DNA of 64,000 nucleotides from the NCBI GenBank assembly GCA_036172245.1, contig JAYWIR010000003.1:434001-498000 (forward strand), written 5' to 3'. A program made the position numbers and the translations under genes. This document shows, in pieces, positions 59,101-64,000 of the stretch; within the stretch, counting starts at the first letter, position 1, and each line of letters starts with the position of its first letter. The DNA is from Raillietiella orientalis. Taxonomy: Eukaryota. Below the pieces are notes generated by a model. The model was given only the letters and a program-made list of their open reading frames with translations, had not been told where the DNA came from and searched no databases.

Positions 59101-61288
59101 GTCACTATTCCAGAATCTTTTAAAACTGTAGTTTTCAAACGCAACTTTAAGGTATTCGTTTGGTGGCATTTCAATACAAAGTAAATAATTTCAGGTTCTT
59201 GGTCACACAGTGCTTTTTTTTTTTTCTTTTTCAGAAAAGGTTATCCTAAAGCTAACGCAAAACACATCAGGACTGCTAACGAAGAAAGTGCCTATGGTCC
59301 TACTTTGTCAGTCAATACGTAAGTTCAGTTTTGCTCTTCGGTGCCATCTTAAGTCGGTTTTCTGATATTGCAGAAGCTTAGATCTTTCCAGCATACGACA
59401 AATTCTTAGCGATAAGAAATTCTTGTCTAAAAGTATTGACCACATGTTCCGAGTCTGCACGCTAACAAAGAATTTGGAAAACTTGAGGGCATTTATTCAG
59501 ATACTTGATCACTTTGCAGCTTTTCCTGGATTTAGCAAACCACAGTACCCACATGAAAAGTTAAGACCAGAGTGTTGCATCAAAGCATTCGGAAAGCAAT
59601 TGTCCTACGTAGAACAGCCCACAAATACAGACTATGACACACTTCCACAGAAAAGTTATTCACAGCAATTTAATAGTAAATGTTTCAATCCATCTAAAAG
59701 AACATCACGGCGAGTTTTACGCAGAAAGAGCTGCGTTACATCAAGGCACTGTATGGAGCTAAAGAGAAGACCGCTAAGTTTATGTTCCTCTCAGGACATC
59801 AGACATTATTTTTCAAGCAAAAAAATTCTTATTAAAGCTGTAGATTGCCCAAACAATCTTAGAGTATCAACAAAGATTCGCAATGAAAATATAAATAAAC
59901 AATTTTCCTATTATCTCAGTACTGAGAAGTACTGTTATAAAAGATCAAAGCATCTGATTATTGAAACAAAGAAAAACTCCAATATAAGAAAATATTGTAC
60001 GTATAAGAATACTGTACATCGATTTTCTCAAACAAATAATCTAACGAAGCACAAGAGAACGCACACCGGAGAGCGTCCGTTCAAATGCCAAGATTGTGGG
60101 AAGAGATTCTCAGGTTCAAATGACTTAACCAGGCACAAGAGAACGCACACCGGAGAGCGTCCGTTCACATGCCAAGATTGTGGGAAGAGATTCTTAGGTT
60201 CAAATGACTTAACCAGGCATAGGAGAACGCACACCGGAGAGCGTCCGTTCACATGCCAAGATTGTGGGAAGAGATTCTCAGGTTCAAATGACTTAACCAG
60301 GCACAAGAGAACGCACACCGGAGAGCGTCCGTTCACATGCCAAGATTGTGGGAAGAGATTCTCAGGTTCAAATGACTTAACCAGGCATAGGAGAACGCAC
60401 ACTGGAGAGCGTCCGTTCACATGCCAAGATTGTGGGAAGAGATTCTCAGGTTCAAATGACTTAACCAGGCACAAGAGAACGCACACCGGAGAGCGTCCGT
60501 TCACATGCCAAGATTGTGGGAAGAGATTCTCAGGTTCAAATGACTTAACCAGGCATAGGAGAACGCACACTGGAGAGCGTCCGTTCACATGCCAAGATTG
60601 TGGGAAGAGATTCTCAGGTTCAAATGACTTAACCAGGCACAAGAGAACGCACACCGGAGAGCGTCCGTTCACATGCCAAGATTGTGGGAAGAGATTCTCA
60701 GGTTCAAATGACTTAACCAGGCATAGGAGAACGCACACTGGAGAGCGTCCGTTCACATGCCAAGATTGTGGGAAGAGATTCTCAGGTTCAAATGACTTAA
60801 CCAGGCACAAGAGAACGCACACCGGAGAGCGTCCGTTCACATGCCAAGATTGTGGGAAGAGATTCTCAGGTTCAAATGACTTAACCAGGCACAAGAGAAC
60901 GCACACCGGAGAGCGTCCGTTCACATGCCAAGATTGTGGGAAGAGATTCTTAGGTTCAAATGATTTAACCAGGCATAGGAGAACGCACACCGGAGAGCGT
61001 CCGTTTACATGCCAAGATTGTGGGAAGAGATTCTTAGGTTCAAATGACTTAACCAAGCATAAGAGAACGCACACTGGAGAGCGTCCGTTCACATGCCAAG
61101 ATTGTGGGAAGAGATTCTTAGGTTCAAATGACTTAACCAGGCACAAGAGAACGCACACCGGAGAGCGTCCGTTCACATGCCAAGATTGTGGGAAGAGATT
61201 CTCAAGATCGAACACGTTAATAAAACACAAAAGGAAACGTGTCAATGTAAGAAAAGTATCAAAGATTAATAAATTTAGTGGGTTCTGA
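56193..61288 (+). CDS. PRDM9: PRDM9-like histone methyltransferase (SSXRD, zinc knuckle, PR/SET, post-SET finger, C2H2 array); 5' exons and KRAB not identified
   Basis: Phase-compatible exons: 56193-56279 ([29 protein letters not shown]), 56926-57008 ([16 protein letters not shown], knuckle), 57075-57272 and 57318-57579 ([30 protein letters not shown]...IYYRT...ELLVWYG), 58776-58883 ([19 protein letters not shown]), optional 59235-59318, and 59520-61288 (ZF array). Orthology rests on domain architecture, not a phylogeny. Confidence 0.85.
60048..61230 (+). repeat. 84-bp coding minisatellite: 13 complete C2H2 fingers, one terminal finger lacking the last His, and a partial leading finger
   Basis: The TGCCAAGATTGTGGG unit runs from 60086 to 61178 at exact 84-bp spacing (14 occurrences). 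Confidence 0.99.
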
Positions 61289-64000
61289 AGAGAATACAAT
61301 TTGAGATAATAGACTCGTTAATACAAGGTTTTAGAGGGATTACATTATTTCCTAATCTAAGCGGAATAAATAGATATTAAAGGAGCATCCTGGATATCTT
61401 CGGAGGGAATGAGATTTTTCTGAGTAAATTTTAATTAACGAACAAGAATGTACAGAAGTATGCAAATGCAAATGGAAGCGTATCTCTACAAGCATGTGAC
61501 TGAAAGATGCACAAGGGAACCAATCAGTTTTTTTCATGAATTTAGTACCAAGGATTATTCATAACTTAGCACAAGCCTGAGTCAGCAATGCTCATAATTA
61601 ATATATTGTTTGAAAGCAATTCCATAAATTGTTAGCAAGGCTTAATGCATTCCAAAGCCAGCTGCTCAAGAAGAATAGCATTAATGATATCTGCAAATAA
61701 TGGAAACCCACACAGTCATCCTGAAAGAAAGAATTGTATCCATTACTACCTCAGAAATAGCAGCGATGATTTCAAACTAATCTCTGCAGTCAAGAAGTTC
61801 ATCCAGCAAAAGCTCGAGTTTCTTTTTTATAATCACTTTTCGTCTTTTCTAACTGTTCTAAATATATTCAAAACTTAAATATATTCAAGTTTTCAAGAAA
61901 TTCCATCAATTTTATTTTGTTAGATGTTCCTTAGTTGTTAGATGAAATCTGTACAAGCAATGAAAAACAGCAGGATATGCCTTCCTTCAGAATAAAAATG
62001 TTTCAAGGTGAGGTACATTATGTTGATTACAGTGAATTACTTCGGCGGAGCAATTGTTCATGCTTATCGAAACATTAAATCATATTTGTCATATTGAGAT
62101 CAGTACTGGTTCATGAACTTACTGTTTGCGTGATCCACAACAAACGTTGCTACATTCGTTAAAGACCGAAGAAGCAAGAGTGTAAAAAATATTTTCGTTA
62201 GTTTGCAAAGTTGTAATGACTGCTCAATGATCGGGCTTGCAATCCCCTTGGATCAAAGGGATTCCAATTCCAGAGTCCTAGATATAGTATTGATTATGAT
62301 AGGTTTATGCTAATAAACTTTCAAAATTGTTTCAGAATCATATATGTTGCTTTTTTAATAAACCATGATTAAGAAATACTATCTGCTCACATAACTGACT
62401 TGAATTAAAATACTCGGGGTGTATACTTATTTTTATAAATATAGTGGCAACATAGCATCAATAAGTACAAATGGATATGAATAAATGAAACGATGGATGT
62501 TATAACTTCAGGTTTCTTTCTGTGAATGATCTCGTAGCAATATTTATACTACTACTTTAGAAGAATGATTGATTCATTATGCCAACTCACTGACTTTTGA
62601 ACTTTTATTACACATCAATAATGCAATGTAAATTTTTAACGAAATCATTCGATTTCTTGCTCTGAGTATCTGCTGTTCATTTATTCAAATCATGTATCCA
62701 CAAAGTCATGAAAACAGATGAGCTGTCCTCTCTTGGAAGCACATAGCAATTACTACTAAATTGAGAAGACAGCTACAAGGAATGCCTGTTCTGATTTCAC
62801 TGTGCAGCTTAATAAGCACTTTTGTGAATTCACTGCTGCCTTTTGACAATCTTCTTGATTATCGACAGCATTAATACTCAACCTATGTAAGTGAATATGT
62901 GCACAGTTTTAATGTTTTGTAGGGTATTCTTGCTTTCAATGTGTAATGGCAAAGCACCTCATGTGTTTTAAAGTCACCAAATTTCAGTGCTATTATTGTC
63001 ACAGTTTTCTTTTTGGGGAACCATTGCAATGTCTGCAAGTGTACAGCTGTCAGTACGTTTGCTCCTTTCTCAATATCAGAAAACAAATTCCTGAAATAAG
63101 TGATTATACAACGTTAGCGTACTTTGTCAGAAAATGTTCCAATAGCATGGTGCCTTTGAGGAATGGTTTGAAAGGGAACTACGGTTTCTCCAAATAAAAT
63201 TGCACTAGCCATCCTTGGGGTTCTCTGCAATAGAGACAAATTAAAAGCAAATGTGATGGATGTACATCAGCTAGGAAACTAGGAGAGCATTTCATTGAAA
63301 TCGTAGTTTGCTCAATAGTAATCAGTAGTAGATCGCATACCATATCGTGCACCACCAGCTATGCTTTGTAATCAAACTGCATCCATTTTTAGCAAATGCA
63401 GCAGCTCCAAAGTTGGCTATAGCTGTCGCATCTGTGGGGAGTCACAGGGAGAAAATTTCTCAGCCATTGGTCTGTGCACATTAGCACACTGAATCATTTC
63501 ATTTTCCTTTTCTAGATTTACACGAAATTCTACTTTTCATTTACAGATCGAGCTTAACAAATAAAGGTAGGAAAAAAAATTTCTTTGATCGTGGTTTATC
63601 TAACGATTATCTTCTCTCTGTTCAAAGAGGTTATGCAAAAATTCCAAGTTTCCAAATGTATCACAGAATTCTATCCAAATTGGAAAGAAATTTACACATC
63701 ATCTGCAAATCTATAGTGTCCATGAATTTCTTTTCAAAGTCCGAAAGTTTTGTGCAATTTTTCTATTGACTAATATGATTTTGGTATGGTGTTTGCAATA
63801 CGCCTTTCGTGAAAGTTTGCCTTGGCAGTCTCGCGAGTGAATATTTCAAACATTCTATACTCACGGAGCTTGGCAATGGAATCTTCTTTTGAACTCAACG
63901 GAAAATTGCCAAGCTCCGGAGTTTCTAATATGTTTTCAGGGTTGATTATATAATTGAAGTGAAGTGCCTTTGCGGAAGTGGAAGATCATGCATCTGCTAT

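Noticed and set aside
60048..61230. Regular repeats (also 2336-2655) as a CRISPR-like array
   Set aside because: Head-to-tail units with no unique spacers, in-frame coding, eukaryotic context and no cas genes.
60028..61299. 423-aa minus-strand ORF of repeated [25 protein letters not shown]
   Set aside because: Antisense shadow of the zinc-finger minisatellite; one stop-free unit repeated gives a long ORF automatically.
62946..63070. C1-domain-like string HLMCFKVTKFQCYYCHSFLFGEPLQC
   Set aside because: Ligand spacing is incomplete and there are no supporting exons; kept only as weak support for the relic pattern.

Overview
This is eukaryotic DNA with spliceosomal introns, probably from an invertebrate metazoan such as an arthropod (inference). 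It has two compositional compartments. About 1-11.6 kb is strongly GC-rich (roughly 60-65% by eye) and holds a CUB-like/LDLa single-pass membrane gene and a multi-exon ankyrin-repeat gene. About 11.7-64 kb is AT-rich (roughly 30-40% by eye) and holds compact genes with many 39-55 nt introns: LRP12/10/3-like, SARAF, Rab7, RSPRY1, a gamma-butyrobetaine dioxygenase, AFG1L and PRMT7. Between these genes lie decayed transposons (Ty3/gypsy, NeSL/Utopia-like RLE, possibly hAT) and several decayed host-gene relics, the clearest being an ionotropic glutamate receptor-like relic. The highlight is a PRDM9-architecture gene at 56.2-61.3 kb: SSXRD, zinc knuckle, PR/SET with all three catalytic tyrosines, a post-SET finger and an 84-bp minisatellite C2H2 array. 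Its fingers are almost identical at the DNA-contacting positions, the reverse of the classic PRDM9 pattern, which predicts binding to (GCN)n triplet repeats. All gene models were assembled by eye and no searches were run.
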